NCBI GenBank assembly: GCA_963716725.1
Contig: CAVQUB010000018.1
Location: 32,001 to 96,000, forward strand
Reading direction: 5' to 3'
Source of the DNA: an uncultured delta proteobacterium
GTDB lineage: Bacteria; Myxococcota_A; Polyangia; Polyangiales; Polyangiaceae
Length of the DNA: 64,000 bases
In this document: piece after piece, positions 52,295 to 64,000 of the stretch
Position numbering within the stretch: position 1 is the first letter of the stretch
Layout: every line of letters starts with the position of its first letter
Notes under the pieces: model-generated
Databases searched by the model: none
Told to the model about the DNA's origin: nothing
What the model saw: only the letters and a program-made list of their open reading frames with translations
Made by a program: the position numbers and the translations under genes

Positions 52295-53527
52295 TCAGCG
52301 CGCCTCGCCGGACGCGTCGTCCGACCGGACCGGCGTGTGTCCGGCAAAATACCGCGCGGTGTGCAGGAGGGCCCGCCCGCTGGAACGGAACAGCCCCGCG
52401 GTGGACCAGGGCTTCCCTCCGAAGTGCTGGCAGCCGACCCGGATAAACTCCGGAGAGGCATGGAGGAACGCCTCCACGTTCGCGCGGGGCGGGCCATAGA
52501 AGAGCCCGACACCCAGCGTACGCACGATGAGATCCCGTCCGATGGAGCTTCGACGAATCGTGCTGGGCCAGTCTTCGAACCCAAAGTCGCGAACCGCCAG
52601 CTTCTCCGCGAGGTATTTGGCGGCGGCGGCGCCGTAGTAGATGGCCTGCGCGATCCCCTCGCCCGTGACGGGATCGATTCCTGCGGCCTCCCCGACCAAG
52701 AGCACGTGGGGGCGCGAGACGGGCACGTGCGGATCGAAGGCCAGCTCTGCGTAGCGCTTCTTCTTCAGCTTTGCGAGATCGATGCCGCGGCGCTCGAGCT
52801 CGAGCTGGAGCACGGACTGGATTTCGATCACCGCCGGTCCGTCCGTCGGCCGCAAGATGTACACGCCACGAACGACCATCTCGCGGCCGTCGACGAGCGT
52901 CGGGAAGTCCCAATAGTACCCCGGAAGCTCCCGATGACTGGCGTCGAAGAGCAGAACGTCACGCGGCAAGTCCGACTCGACCGGCTCCGTGTCGACTTCG
53001 ATGGCTTGCGCCCGATATCGAGCGGTTTGAAAGCCGAGGGTCCGCCGGACGACGCTGCGCACACCATCCGCGCCGATCAAAACCCGGGCGTGGATCGGGC
53101 CGGAGCTGGTCTCGACCCGGTATCCGGTCGCGGTGCGAGCGAGCCCGAGCACGCGGGTCCCGCCCGCGAAGGGGATGCCGCGCCGCTCAGCGATGCGCAC
53201 GAGCTCGTGATCGAACTCCACGCGGCGCACGACGCGGCCAATGTCGTCTTCGCGAACGACGGTCGTACGCCCCATGGCGCGGAACGCTATGCCGTTCACC
53301 CACACGCTCGGCACATCCACGCTGACACCGATGGACCCAAGCAATTTGTCCGCGCGGGCGCCGACTCCACCGGCGCAGAATTTCTCCCGCGGGAAATGCT
53401 CCGAATCGACCACCAGCATGCGGTCGGTGAGCGCCGGCACGGCGTGCGCGAGAAATAGCGCAGTGGCCATGCCGGCGGGACCGCCGCCGACGATCAGAAC
53501 TTCGACGTTTCGAGGGGCCGCGGGCAC
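52295..53527 (-). CDS. FAD-dependent oxidoreductase (geranylgeranyl reductase-like)
   Basis: IVGGGPAG, FPREKFCAG, IGADG, LVGEAAG.DPVTGEGI. Confidence 0.88.
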   Translation of the reverse strand: MPAAPRNVEVLIVGGGPAGMATALFLAHAVPALTDRMLVVDSEHFPREKFCAGGVGARADKLLGSIGVSVDVPSVWVNGIAFRAMGRTTVVREDDIGRVVRRVEFDHELVRIAERRGIPFAGGTRVLGLARTATGYRVETSSGPIHARVLIGADGVRSVVRRTLGFQTARYRAQAIEVDTEPVESDLPRDVLLFDASHRELPGYYWDFPTLVDGREMVVRGVYILRPTDGPAVIEIQSVLQLELERRGIDLAKLKKKRYAELAFDPHVPVSRPHVLLVGEAAGIDPVTGEGIAQAIYYGAAAAKYLAEKLAVRDFGFEDWPSTIRRSSIGRDLIVRTLGVGLFYGPPRANVEAFLHASPEFIRVGCQHFGGKPWSTAGLFRSSGRALLHTARYFAGHTPVRSDDASGEAR

Positions 53528-53536
53528 TGACGGCTA

Positions 53537-55596
<2,060 letters not shown>

Positions 55597-55630
55597 CGGT
55601 GCTGACCGAGCACCGGGACGAAGGATTTGG

Positions 55631-55658
55631 TTGACAGGTCGAGTTCCGCGGATACCCT
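55631..55658 (+). promoter_or_regulatory. Putative sigma70 promoter of the tRNA
   Basis: TTGACA-N16-TACCCT, 14 nt upstream of the tRNA. Confidence 0.6.
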
Positions 55659-55672
55659 CGCGGTCCCTTCTC

Positions 55673-55745
<73 letters not shown>

Positions 55746-55765
55746 CCGAAGTCATCGAATCAGAT

Positions 55766-56953
55766 TCACGCGCGCCGCCGGCGCGCGATGCCAATACACA
55801 GTCCCAGCGTCGCGAAGACCCACGGCACGGGTTTCACCGGGCCGCGGTCGCCGCCCATGGAGCATCCGCCGCCGCTATCAGCGCCCTGCGGGTTGCCGGC
55901 GCTGGGCGCGAGGCAAACGCCGAGCGACGAACACTCGAGCCCTCCCGCACAGGGCGCCGACGGGTCACACGTCGGGGCGCAGGTGGCGGCCTCGGGCGTG
56001 GACGCGGTGAAGCAAGCGTAGCCGTTGGGGCACGGTTGCCCCTGGGCACAGCTCTGGCCCTGGGACCCGCTCCCGCCGGTGCCGGGGGGCGGGGGCGGCG
56101 GCGGCTCTTCCGGATCGCTCTTCCCACTGAGGGCCCAGAACGGCGGCTCGGTGCCCGCCATCTTCGCGGCGTCCTTCGCGGTGTCGATGATGAACTGGCT
56201 CCACGACACCACCGAACCGTAGATCGGCGTCGTGCAGCCCTCCCCACCGCGGGACACCACACCGATGACCTTGCCCTTCTCGTCGAGGGCCGGCCCACCC
56301 GAATCACCCTGACAGATCCCGGTGTCGCCCAAGAATTCGCTGGAGTCGATGCTGGGATGACCGCACTCGCCGGTCCCGCATTGCACGCTGAGGCCACCGA
56401 GCGCCATGCGCTCGCCTCCGCTCCAGCCCGCGGTGCCTTGCTGACCGTACCCCACGGCGGAGTAGGCCTCACCGGCAAAGACCGGCAAGTCGATCCGGGG
56501 CACGCGTGGCTTGATGTCGATGTTCTCGGCCAGGATCAACAGCGCAATGTCATAGCCGCAGGTATCGTCACTCTCTTGAGGGACACGCACCTCTGCGCCC
56601 TTGAACCACTTGCCCTGCTGCGACAGTTGCTGATCGGTCGAGACGAAGAGCCCGGTGCCTGCGTACGCGGGGCCAAACTTGGACACTCCGCAGATGACCG
56701 AGCCGCCGTTGTCCGGCGTGATGGGCGACACGCAGTGGCGAGCCGTGAGCACGAGATTCGGTGCAAGCAGCGAGCCCGAGCACATGCCCCCGTTCATGGC
56801 GAACATGCCGACGACGTTCACGTCTTCGAAGTCCTCTTGCCCGCCCTTGATCGCGCTCGAACTTTCCGCGGCGGAGGGCAGCGCCTCCGGTGACGCACCA
56901 CAACCGACGACCGAAGAGAGCAAGAGGCAGGACACGATGAGGGAACGTTTCAT
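55766..56953 (-). CDS. Trypsin-like S1 serine protease, lipoprotein with MYXO-CTERM-like tail
   Basis: CSGSL, LTARHC, DIALL, CQGDSGGP; tail GGGCS-hydrophobic-RRRRA. Confidence 0.92.
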   Translation of the reverse strand: MKRSLIVSCLLLSSVVGCGASPEALPSAAESSSAIKGGQEDFEDVNVVGMFAMNGGMCSGSLLAPNLVLTARHCVSPITPDNGGSVICGVSKFGPAYAGTGLFVSTDQQLSQQGKWFKGAEVRVPQESDDTCGYDIALLILAENIDIKPRVPRIDLPVFAGEAYSAVGYGQQGTAGWSGGERMALGGLSVQCGTGECGHPSIDSSEFLGDTGICQGDSGGPALDEKGKVIGVVSRGGEGCTTPIYGSVVSWSQFIIDTAKDAAKMAGTEPPFWALSGKSDPEEPPPPPPPGTGGSGSQGQSCAQGQPCPNGYACFTASTPEAATCAPTCDPSAPCAGGLECSSLGVCLAPSAGNPQGADSGGGCSMGGDRGPVKPVPWVFATLGLCIGIARRRRA

Positions 56954-57148
56954 GTCGATCCTTCCGGGTGCAGGGCCGCCGACGGTTCGGCGACCAGAGG
57001 CGAGAGCCGAGCGCGTCGCGGTGACCCGTCCTACTTACGGTGGCGCCCCACGCCCGGCCAGGACGATCCCCAACCTGCAGACGTTTTCGGGTGGACCCCG
57101 TGCGCCTGAGATGGAAAGAAGCAGCGTGGCTAGAAACCGGGTGCGCAA

Positions 57149-57925
57149 TTGAGCCGGGAAATTCGCTTGACCCAGCCCATCTCTGCCCCGCGCGACAGGG
57201 TGTGGCGGGCCTGCAGCAGCGCCCGGGGCATGACGGCGTGGCAGGCGGACGAAGCGAACGGGGAAGTCAGCGTCGGCTCGATGCTCTGGCTGCGCTGGCC
57301 TGCGCTCGGCGTCGAGCTCACGCTCGACGTGCTCGAAGTCGTCCCCGAAAGCCGCGTCGTGCTCGCCAAGGGAGCGACCCGAGTCGAGCTCGCGCTCGAC
57401 GGCCAGGCCGTCTCGCTCACGCACGCGGGAGTGAGCGACGGCGACGAGCGCGAAGGCGTGGCGTCCTCGTGGCAGCTCAGCTTGGGCTTACTCATGCACT
57501 ATTGCGAGCTGCACCCGGACGCTTCGCGCACGGTGCGCTGGCTGATGCGGCCCGCGCGCACGACCACCGGTGCGGCCCACGTGTTCTTCAGCGAGCAAGC
57601 AGCGCTCGCCAGCTGGCTCGGCTCCGGGAACAGCATCGGTGCCGCGGGCACGCGTTACGCCCTCGACCTGGGCCCGGGCGTGACGATGACCGGTCGGGTG
57701 TTGGCCCACTCGCCCGGGCGAGACCTGGCGCTGAGTTGGGAAGAAGACGACCAATCCGTGGTCGTGCTGCGGACTCTGCCCCAACCTTTCGAGCCCGACG
57801 TTCGACTGGTCGTACTCTCGTACTCGCGGTGGATCGAGCGGGCCCCGCCCCAGAGCCGACTGGATCTGCTGGAGGCAGCGCACCATCGTTTGATCCGGTT
57901 GCTCGACTCCGATCGCGAGGCCTGA
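57149..57925 (+). CDS. Tandem SRPBCC/AHSA1-domain protein
   Basis: ISAPRDRVWRA..MTAW; VLEVVP..RVV; V.LTH.G; second similar half. Confidence 0.7.
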   Translation: MSREIRLTQPISAPRDRVWRACSSARGMTAWQADEANGEVSVGSMLWLRWPALGVELTLDVLEVVPESRVVLAKGATRVELALDGQAVSLTHAGVSDGDEREGVASSWQLSLGLLMHYCELHPDASRTVRWLMRPARTTTGAAHVFFSEQAALASWLGSGNSIGAAGTRYALDLGPGVTMTGRVLAHSPGRDLALSWEEDDQSVVVLRTLPQPFEPDVRLVVLSYSRWIERAPPQSRLDLLEAAHHRLIRLLDSDREA

Positions 57926-57932
57926 TCGCCGG

Positions 57933-58796
57933 TCACTTCCGCGGATCGGCGCAGCAGCGCGTCCCGGTCGAGTAGTCGTAGTAGCTCGGCGCGTGACCGC
58001 TGATCTTGGCCTCGCAGCCCTTGCTGGTCATGCGTGCGTAGAAGCCGCCGACGAAGACCCCGCTCGGGTCGTCGAGCCACTCGTCGAGGTTGCCGACCAT
58101 GTCGTGCACTCCCCCGTCGTCCCAGGCGCTCACGCACCCGAGGGTCGCGCCGGTCGAGCGCAAGAGCGGGTCCCGCCCCGCCTCGACGACCAGATTGAGC
58201 CGAGGGTCCGTGAGCCCCATCGAGGCGTTGTCGTGCAGCACTGCCGCGGGGTGGAGCGCGCGATGTACGTTGCAGCGCCCCGGGACGTAGTGGGCTCCAT
58301 AGGGGAACTTGGTCCCAACCCGGCCGCGACACGCCAGGGTCCACTCTTCTTCCTTGCACAGTCGCTTGCCCGCCGCCTGACACGCGCTCTTCGCTGCGTG
58401 GTAGGTCAGGTATCCTTGGGGCACCACGCCGGGGCGAGATACGGCCATGGGTTCGTAGCGCTCGCTGAGCTGGAACGACGGCAGCTCGGGCAGCGGCAGA
58501 CCGCGCGCGCCCGGATCACCGGTGCGAGAGCGCTCGACGAGCCACACCTCGCGCACGCGGCTGAGCGCCGCCGGTTGAGGCGGATAGTACGGCGACAGCG
58601 CGCGCCCCGACTTCCGGTCGACCAAGGACGCCTCCCACCGGTCGATGCAAAACCCGGAGACCAGCGCCATCGGCGCCGGACAGCGCCGGGCGGATAGAGG
58701 GCGGGGGCCGCTCGGTCTCGCGGCGGGCTGGGCTCCGGCCAGGGAAATCGAGCCCAGAACGACCAGCATGGCGCCCCATGTTCGAGCCCGCGGCAT
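57933..58796 (-). CDS. FGE-sulfatase (SUMF1) domain exported protein
   Basis: CPAPM, FCIDRWE, GKRLCKEEEW, FPYG, DMVGNLDEW, GTRCC. Confidence 0.85.
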   Translation of the reverse strand: MPRARTWGAMLVVLGSISLAGAQPAARPSGPRPLSARRCPAPMALVSGFCIDRWEASLVDRKSGRALSPYYPPQPAALSRVREVWLVERSRTGDPGARGLPLPELPSFQLSERYEPMAVSRPGVVPQGYLTYHAAKSACQAAGKRLCKEEEWTLACRGRVGTKFPYGAHYVPGRCNVHRALHPAAVLHDNASMGLTDPRLNLVVEAGRDPLLRSTGATLGCVSAWDDGGVHDMVGNLDEWLDDPSGVFVGGFYARMTSKGCEAKISGHAPSYYDYSTGTRCCADPRK

Positions 58797-58873
58797 GACC
58801 CGTCCACGGTGGCACGGGCGGTCCGCGTCCGCCACCGTTTGCCCGGTGCCCCAGCCCGAGGCAGGTTCCAAGC

Positions 58874-59515
58874 GTGCACACTGACGAAAGGTGGACTGCG
58901 CTCGCGGAGCGCATGATTCGGTCCGTCGAGCTCGCCGCCGCGCCGCGTGATCCGCGGGTGCTCGAGGCGTTCCGGCGCATCCCGCGCCACGCCTTCGTAC
59001 CTGAGGTCAGCCGATTGGAGGCGTACGACGATCGCTCGCTGCCCATCGGCGAAGAACAGACCATCAGTCAGCCTTCGATGATCGCCATGATGCTCGACTC
59101 CCTCGAGTGTGAACCAACGTCACGAGTGCTCGAGGTCGGCGCAGGCTCGGGCTACGCCGCAGCGCTCCTGTCGTGCCTGGTCGAGCGCGTGGACGCCGTC
59201 GAGATTCGACCGCAGCTCGCGGCGCGGGCAGCCGCGACGTTGAAGGCCCTGGGCATCGACAACGTCTTCATCCACGTTGGCGACGGCAGCAAAGGCTGGG
59301 CGGAGCGGGCGCCCTTCGACCGCATCTTGGTGTCGGCCGCGCCGGGGGCCATACCTCCGGCGCTCATCGAGCAACTGGGCCCTGGCGGACGCATCGCAAT
59401 CCCCGTGGGCGACTGCCAGCATCAGGTGCTCATGGTCGGCGAGCGCGGCGCCGATGGTGAGGTCCGGATGCGTCGAGACGTTCCCTGTGTCTTCGTCCCG
59501 CTGGTCGAGCCCTGA
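58874..59515 (+). CDS. pcm: Protein-L-isoaspartate O-methyltransferase
   Basis: PRHAFVP, AYDDRSLPIG.EQTISQP, LEVGAGSGY, APFDRI. Confidence 0.95.
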   Translation: MHTDERWTALAERMIRSVELAAAPRDPRVLEAFRRIPRHAFVPEVSRLEAYDDRSLPIGEEQTISQPSMIAMMLDSLECEPTSRVLEVGAGSGYAAALLSCLVERVDAVEIRPQLAARAAATLKALGIDNVFIHVGDGSKGWAERAPFDRILVSAAPGAIPPALIEQLGPGGRIAIPVGDCQHQVLMVGERGADGEVRMRRDVPCVFVPLVEP

Positions 59516-59518
59516 AGC

Positions 59519-60082
59519 TCAGGCGCTGCCGACCGTGCGCGTTGTGAACGCGATGGGTGTGGTGCCAGCGCTGTGATACGCACGGGTCCACACGTCGCCG
59601 TTCTCGCCGTCGAACACCACGGAAGGATCGACGTCGACAGGAAGCCATGCTCCGGCTCGGATTTCGTTCTCGAGTTGATCCGGCGCCCAACCCGCGTAGC
59701 CCACCAGCCCCATCAGGCTGCCGGGCGCCTGGCCTTTGGCCACTGCTTCGAGCGCCTGGCGAGACGCGCAGGCCGTGATGCCAGCGCCCACTTCGAACTG
59801 TCCCTCGACCTCGCTGAAGCGCTCTTCGGTCCGGTAGATGAGCCAGACCTGCTCCTGCGCCACGGGACCTCCGACGCGAACCAACCCCGGAACGATGATG
59901 GGGCTGTCGGTGACATCGGCTCGCACCAAGAGCTCGGGGATGCTCATCACCTCTCGGCCATTCACGACCCAACCAAACGCACCCTCGGGACCATGCGCGG
60001 CCAGCAAGACCACCGATCGGTCGAAGTTCGGGTCCCCGAGGGGAGGCGAGGCCACCAAGAGACCGGGCGCGAGAACGGACAT
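59519..60082 (-). CDS. YqgE/AlgH family protein
   Basis: LLVASPPLGDPNFDRSVVLL, GGPV, GYAGWAPDQLENE. Confidence 0.92.
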   Translation of the reverse strand: MSVLAPGLLVASPPLGDPNFDRSVVLLAAHGPEGAFGWVVNGREVMSIPELLVRADVTDSPIIVPGLVRVGGPVAQEQVWLIYRTEERFSEVEGQFEVGAGITACASRQALEAVAKGQAPGSLMGLVGYAGWAPDQLENEIRAGAWLPVDVDPSVVFDGENGDVWTRAYHSAGTTPIAFTTRTVGSA

Positions 60083-60097
60083 CGTCGTTGGTCTCCT

Positions 60098-60922
60098 TCA
60101 GTGCACGATCACGCCGGCGTAGCCGACGACTTTTGCCAAATCACCCGAGACTTCGCCGGAGTTTCCGTAGCGTACCAGCTCGGCCTTGGTCGCTGAAAGC
60201 TCGCGGGCAGCGAACAGGCTGACGGTGGTCGGTATGTAGCCACACATGGAAATGCCTTCGCGCTCGCACACCTCGAACAATCCTTCGGGATCCAAAGAAA
60301 GCACACGATCGATGGCTCGCAGGTCGTAGTGGCGAGCGGTGTCGGCGGGCACGTAGTGCGACATGTCGGTACTGGCGACCATGAGCACTCCTGCGCCCGT
60401 CGCGGCCTCGGACTCACGGACCACCTTGCCGATCTGAACACCGAGCGCGCGGCACTCGGCAAGGCTCAGCCGCCCGAGGCAAATCGGCACCACGCGGACG
60501 TCGCTCCGGCGCGCGTACAAGAATGGCATCTGCACCTCCGCTGCATGCTCGCGCCGGTGTGCCAGTTCGTCGGGGGTGAGCTGCTCCGTTTTCAACAGGC
60601 GCTGCGCGAGATCGACGTCGATGCCCAAGGAAAACCCGGGGAAGCTCCAGTCGCCTCCGCTCCAGAGCGAGCGACGGGCCCCGAGCCCGGTGTGATTCGG
60701 ACACAGCACGACGGCAGACGCTGGGACTCGAATGCGCGCGTAGGTCGCCCCGGCGATGGCGCCGCTGTACAGGTAGCCGGCGTGGGGGACCATGACCACG
60801 CGAGCGTCGAGGAGCGCCGCCTCGGGATCGGGCAGGCAGCGTCGCACCTCGAGCTCGAGCCGGTGCGGCTCGCCGGGGTAGAACCGCCCGGCTACCGCCG
60901 GCTGTCGGGCACTCTCGAGCAT
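60098..60922 (-). CDS. amrB: AmmeMemoRadiSam system protein B (Memo-like)
   Basis: RQPAVAGRFYP, PHAGYLYSG, PNH, EHAAEVQMPF, STDMSHY, SMCG, VVGYA. Confidence 0.92.
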   Translation of the reverse strand: MLESARQPAVAGRFYPGEPHRLELEVRRCLPDPEAALLDARVVMVPHAGYLYSGAIAGATYARIRVPASAVVLCPNHTGLGARRSLWSGGDWSFPGFSLGIDVDLAQRLLKTEQLTPDELAHRREHAAEVQMPFLYARRSDVRVVPICLGRLSLAECRALGVQIGKVVRESEAATGAGVLMVASTDMSHYVPADTARHYDLRAIDRVLSLDPEGLFEVCEREGISMCGYIPTTVSLFAARELSATKAELVRYGNSGEVSGDLAKVVGYAGVIVH

Positions 60923-61061
60923 CCTGCTGCCAGGATAGCGCGGACCCGCCGCGCGGCGAGACCTCAGCCGGTCCGCGCCGCTAAGTCCCGCGCGAGCCTG
61001 CAAAATGGCCCGCTCGCGTGAGTATCGCCGGTGACGAGTCGTTGCGATACAGTGCCCGTCG

Positions 61062-61901
61062 ATGCGGGTGACCTTCTACGGCGTTCGGGGCTCGGTCCCC
61101 GCACCTGGACCAACGACGGCGCGGTACGGCGGCAATACCTCGTGCGTCGAGGTGCTGCTCGAGGACGGCACCACCTTGGTGCTCGACGCGGGGACTGGAA
61201 TGCGCGCGCTCGGCGCCAAGCTGCTCGAGAGCGGTCGACACGAGAAGGTGCACCTCTTGCTCTCGCACACCCATTGGGATCACGTGCTCGGGCTGCCCTT
61301 CTTCGCGCCGCTCTGGCGCAAGGACTCCGAGATCCGGGTCTACCCGCTGCCGACCGATGCGCAGGAGCGATTCCAGCGCACGATCTTCGACGACATCCAC
61401 TTCCCCGTCAGCGTCAACGACATCCCCGCCAAGGTGGAGTTCGAGAAGCCGAGCGCCGAGCCCTGGCGCATCGGCTCCGCGACCGTCCGTCGCATCGCGC
61501 TGAACCACCCCGGCAGCGCCCAGGGTTTCCGCATCGACGACGCGAGCGGCGCGTCGGTGGCGTACCTGACGGACAACGAGCTCGTCCGAGGCGCGGCGGG
61601 CAAGGCGGCGCTCGATGACCTGGCTCGATTCGCTGCCAACACCGGCCTCTTGATCCACGACTCGCAGTACCTCGACTCGGACATGCCGGACAAATACGGC
61701 TGGGGACACTCGGTCATCGACGACGTGGTCACGCTGGGTGCCCGCGCCGAGGCGCGCGGCGTCGTCCTGTTCCATCACGATCCCAACCGAACGGACGACG
61801 ACCTGGACGCGATCAAGGTGCGCGCGGCAGCGCTGCTCGCCGAACAAGCGCCCGAGGCCGAGCTGTGCGTGGCCATCGAGGGACAGAGCATCGAGCTCTG
61901 A
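61062..61901 (+). CDS. MBL-fold metallohydrolase (phosphodiesterase-like)
   Basis: GVRGS.P, YGGNTSC, DAGTG, SHTHWDH, HPG, TDNE, WGHS, FHHDP. Confidence 0.9.
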   Translation: MRVTFYGVRGSVPAPGPTTARYGGNTSCVEVLLEDGTTLVLDAGTGMRALGAKLLESGRHEKVHLLLSHTHWDHVLGLPFFAPLWRKDSEIRVYPLPTDAQERFQRTIFDDIHFPVSVNDIPAKVEFEKPSAEPWRIGSATVRRIALNHPGSAQGFRIDDASGASVAYLTDNELVRGAAGKAALDDLARFAANTGLLIHDSQYLDSDMPDKYGWGHSVIDDVVTLGARAEARGVVLFHHDPNRTDDDLDAIKVRAAALLAEQAPEAELCVAIEGQSIEL

Positions 61902-61913
61902 GCGCCGGCGCGC

Positions 61914-63593
61914 TCAGCGGCTGAGGCGGATGTCGGTCTTCGGCTTTGGCGAGGGCTCCGGCTTCTTCGGGGCTGGCTTCGCCGGGGTCGGTCGCGAGCG
62001 CCCGGGGGCAGCTGCGGACGAAGCTGCGGGTGCGGGCGCTTCGGCAGCAACCGCGGCCCCGACCACCGCTACCAACGGCGCGCGCACTTTCACGTCAACC
62101 GCGGAATCGCCTTGCTGAATTCGATAGGGCTGATGCCCCTCGAGCTTCAAGCTGAACTCGCGCGGACCGGCGCCGACCGAGGAACGCTCGACATCGATCG
62201 AGAGCGGGGTCTTGCCCAGCACACGATCTGCCTCGATGACTTCCGCTGCGGGGGGCACCGACTCGATCACCAGGGAGAACGCCGTCGCCGGGGGCGCGGG
62301 GGCGACTGCCGTCCCTTTCCGCGCCGTAGCCAGCGTGCTCACCCCGATCGCGAGGGCGCCCAGCAGCACCACCGCGGTCGCGCCCAGGACCAGCGGCAGA
62401 CGCGAGCGGCGCCCCGCGACGCTGCGGGTCTTCGAGAACGGTGCGTCCGAGGGCGCATGGGGGGCAGAGGCGGCGACGCGAAGGACGGTCGGCGCGTCGG
62501 GATCGGAGCGCTCGAAGGGACCATCGACCCGAACGGAAATCGGCTGCGAAGCGCCGGAGCTCAGCAGCGAGGACGCGACGTCGATGGTCTCACTCGACCC
62601 CAGCGCAGCTCGGCCCGAAGCCGGCAGGGGCTGAGCGGACGCAATCGCCAAAGGCGGGGCGCCGGACGCGACCGGCCTCGCCGGCGCGTGGCGACCCTGG
62701 AAGGGCTGGAGCGCGGCGCACAGCTCGTCCACCGTCTGGTGGCGTCGTCCCGGATCCTTCTGGAGGCAGCACGCGGCGACCAACAGGAACTCCGGCGGAA
62801 GGTCGGGTCGCGCCGCCCCCAAGGACTCGGGTTGATCGGCCGCAATCGCGGCGCAGATCGCCGGTAGCGACTCGCCTCGAAAGGCGGGTTTTCCGCTCAA
62901 AAGCTCGTGCAAGATGACGCCGAGGGACCAGATGTCCGACCGGCCGTCCACGCTCTTGGCGTCGCGCACCTGCTCGGGCGACATGTACATCGGGGAACCG
63001 ATCATGGCGCGCGTAACCGTCAACGCCGTGTCGGTCAAGGGATCGTGGGAAGCCTTCGAGATCCCGAAGTCGAGGACCTTGACCCAGGGCCTCCCATCAG
63101 TGCGTTGGGTCAAGAACAGGTTCGAGGGTTTGAGATCGCGATGCACGATACCGGCGGAGTGTGCCTCACCAATCGCGTCCGCGGCCTGCAACACGAAGTC
63201 GACGGCCTGCTCGATGGGAAGCGGCCCGCCGAGCTTGATCACCCGGCGCAGATCCTGCCCGCTGAGCAGCTCCATCACCATGTAGGGCAGGCCCGACGGC
63301 AGCGTGTCCACGTCGAAGATCCGCACGACGTGCTCGCTCTTGAGCCCTGCGGCGGCCCGGGCCTCGCGCAAGAAGCGCGGGATCGCGGCGGTCGAGTCGT
63401 CGCTGGCCTCGAGGGGAAGCAGCACCTTGATGGCCACGATCTGGCCGAGAGCCAGGTGCGTCGCCGACACCACGACCCCCATTCCGCCGATGGCGACCAT
63501 GCTCTCCACGCGGTATTTCCCGGCGATGACGTCGCCTTCCGCGATCGGCATGCCGGGCGGGAAGGGCTTCTTGGGGGCCGCGGCAGAGCTCAT
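61914..63593 (-). CDS. Membrane-anchored Ser/Thr kinase with PEGA-like C-terminal domain
   Basis: [28 protein letters not shown] helix; IESVPPAAEV..LGKTP. Confidence 0.92.
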   Translation of the reverse strand: MSSAAAPKKPFPPGMPIAEGDVIAGKYRVESMVAIGGMGVVVSATHLALGQIVAIKVLLPLEASDDSTAAIPRFLREARAAAGLKSEHVVRIFDVDTLPSGLPYMVMELLSGQDLRRVIKLGGPLPIEQAVDFVLQAADAIGEAHSAGIVHRDLKPSNLFLTQRTDGRPWVKVLDFGISKASHDPLTDTALTVTRAMIGSPMYMSPEQVRDAKSVDGRSDIWSLGVILHELLSGKPAFRGESLPAICAAIAADQPESLGAARPDLPPEFLLVAACCLQKDPGRRHQTVDELCAALQPFQGRHAPARPVASGAPPLAIASAQPLPASGRAALGSSETIDVASSLLSSGASQPISVRVDGPFERSDPDAPTVLRVAASAPHAPSDAPFSKTRSVAGRRSRLPLVLGATAVVLLGALAIGVSTLATARKGTAVAPAPPATAFSLVIESVPPAAEVIEADRVLGKTPLSIDVERSSVGAGPREFSLKLEGHQPYRIQQGDSAVDVKVRAPLVAVVGAAVAAEAPAPAASSAAAPGRSRPTPAKPAPKKPEPSPKPKTDIRLSR

Positions 63594-63640
63594 GGTGGGT
63601 CGGGTGGCGACGAGGCGCGCCCGTTGTGGAATTGAGTAGT

Positions 63641-64000
63641 TTACGCATCCTCGGTCGCAGCGTCCACCCACACCGGGGCCAGGACCGTCGCCAAGTCCGC
63701 GGGGCAAACCGCCACCAGAAAGCCACGCGCGCCGCCGTTGACGTAGATGCGGTCGAGCGCCGCGATGGTCCGCTCCGCGTAGAGCGGCATGGGCTTCTTC
63801 AACCCGAAGGGGCTCGTGCCGCCGACCAAGTAGCCCGAGTGTTTCTCGGCCACCTTGGGATCGCAGGGCACGACGCGCTTCTTCCCGATCTGACGCGCGA
63901 GGTTCTTCGTCGACACCTCACGGTCGCCGTGCATCAGCACGCACAGCGGCGCCCTGTTCTCGTCTTCGAGGATCAGCGTCTTGACCACCTGATGCTCGTC
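63641..64000 (-). CDS. ybaK: YbaK/EbsC aminoacyl-tRNA deacylase (5' end outside window)
   Basis: VVKTL, SGYLVGGTSPFG, NGGARG. Confidence 0.88.
   Translation of the reverse strand, partial: DEHQVVKTLILEDENRAPLCVLMHGDREVSTKNLARQIGKKRVVPCDPKVAEKHSGYLVGGTSPFGLKKPMPLYAERTIAALDRIYVNGGARGFLVAVCPADLATVLAPVWVDAATEDA

Noticed and set aside
60098..60922. Complete AmmeMemoRadiSam system
   Set aside because: Only amrB is present; the radical SAM at 7971 is far away and does not look like AmrS.

Overview
High-GC myxobacterial chromosomal DNA (Myxococcota, Polyangiaceae-like; inferred from five eukaryotic-type Ser/Thr kinases, MYXO-CTERM-like tails, Cys/Gly-rich lipoproteins, DUF2330-, TSP3- and FGE-domain proteins). 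It holds about 53 genes plus tRNA-Ala(CGC). I see no transposase, catalytic integrase, prophage or CRISPR array. Housekeeping genes: murA, hisG, xseB, cinA-like, radC, RluA-family, dnaK, pcm, yqgE/algH, amrB, ybaK. At least eight single-base indels break dnaK, murA, hisG and one lipoprotein, most likely long-read errors; the apparent MurA-HisG fusion ORF is an artefact of one of them. Best leads: (1) a 194-aa protein that appears to fuse an integrase core-binding (SAM-like) DNA-binding domain to an intact PilZ domain; (2) a translationally coupled kinase-HEAT / degenerate HD-GYP pair, the second gene missed by the ORF track; (3) sigma54-type promoters with related upstream repeats in front of both a small-protein/comEA operon and radC, suggesting a sigma54-controlled DNA-uptake regulon. 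All domain calls come from motif recognition by eye; no searches were run.
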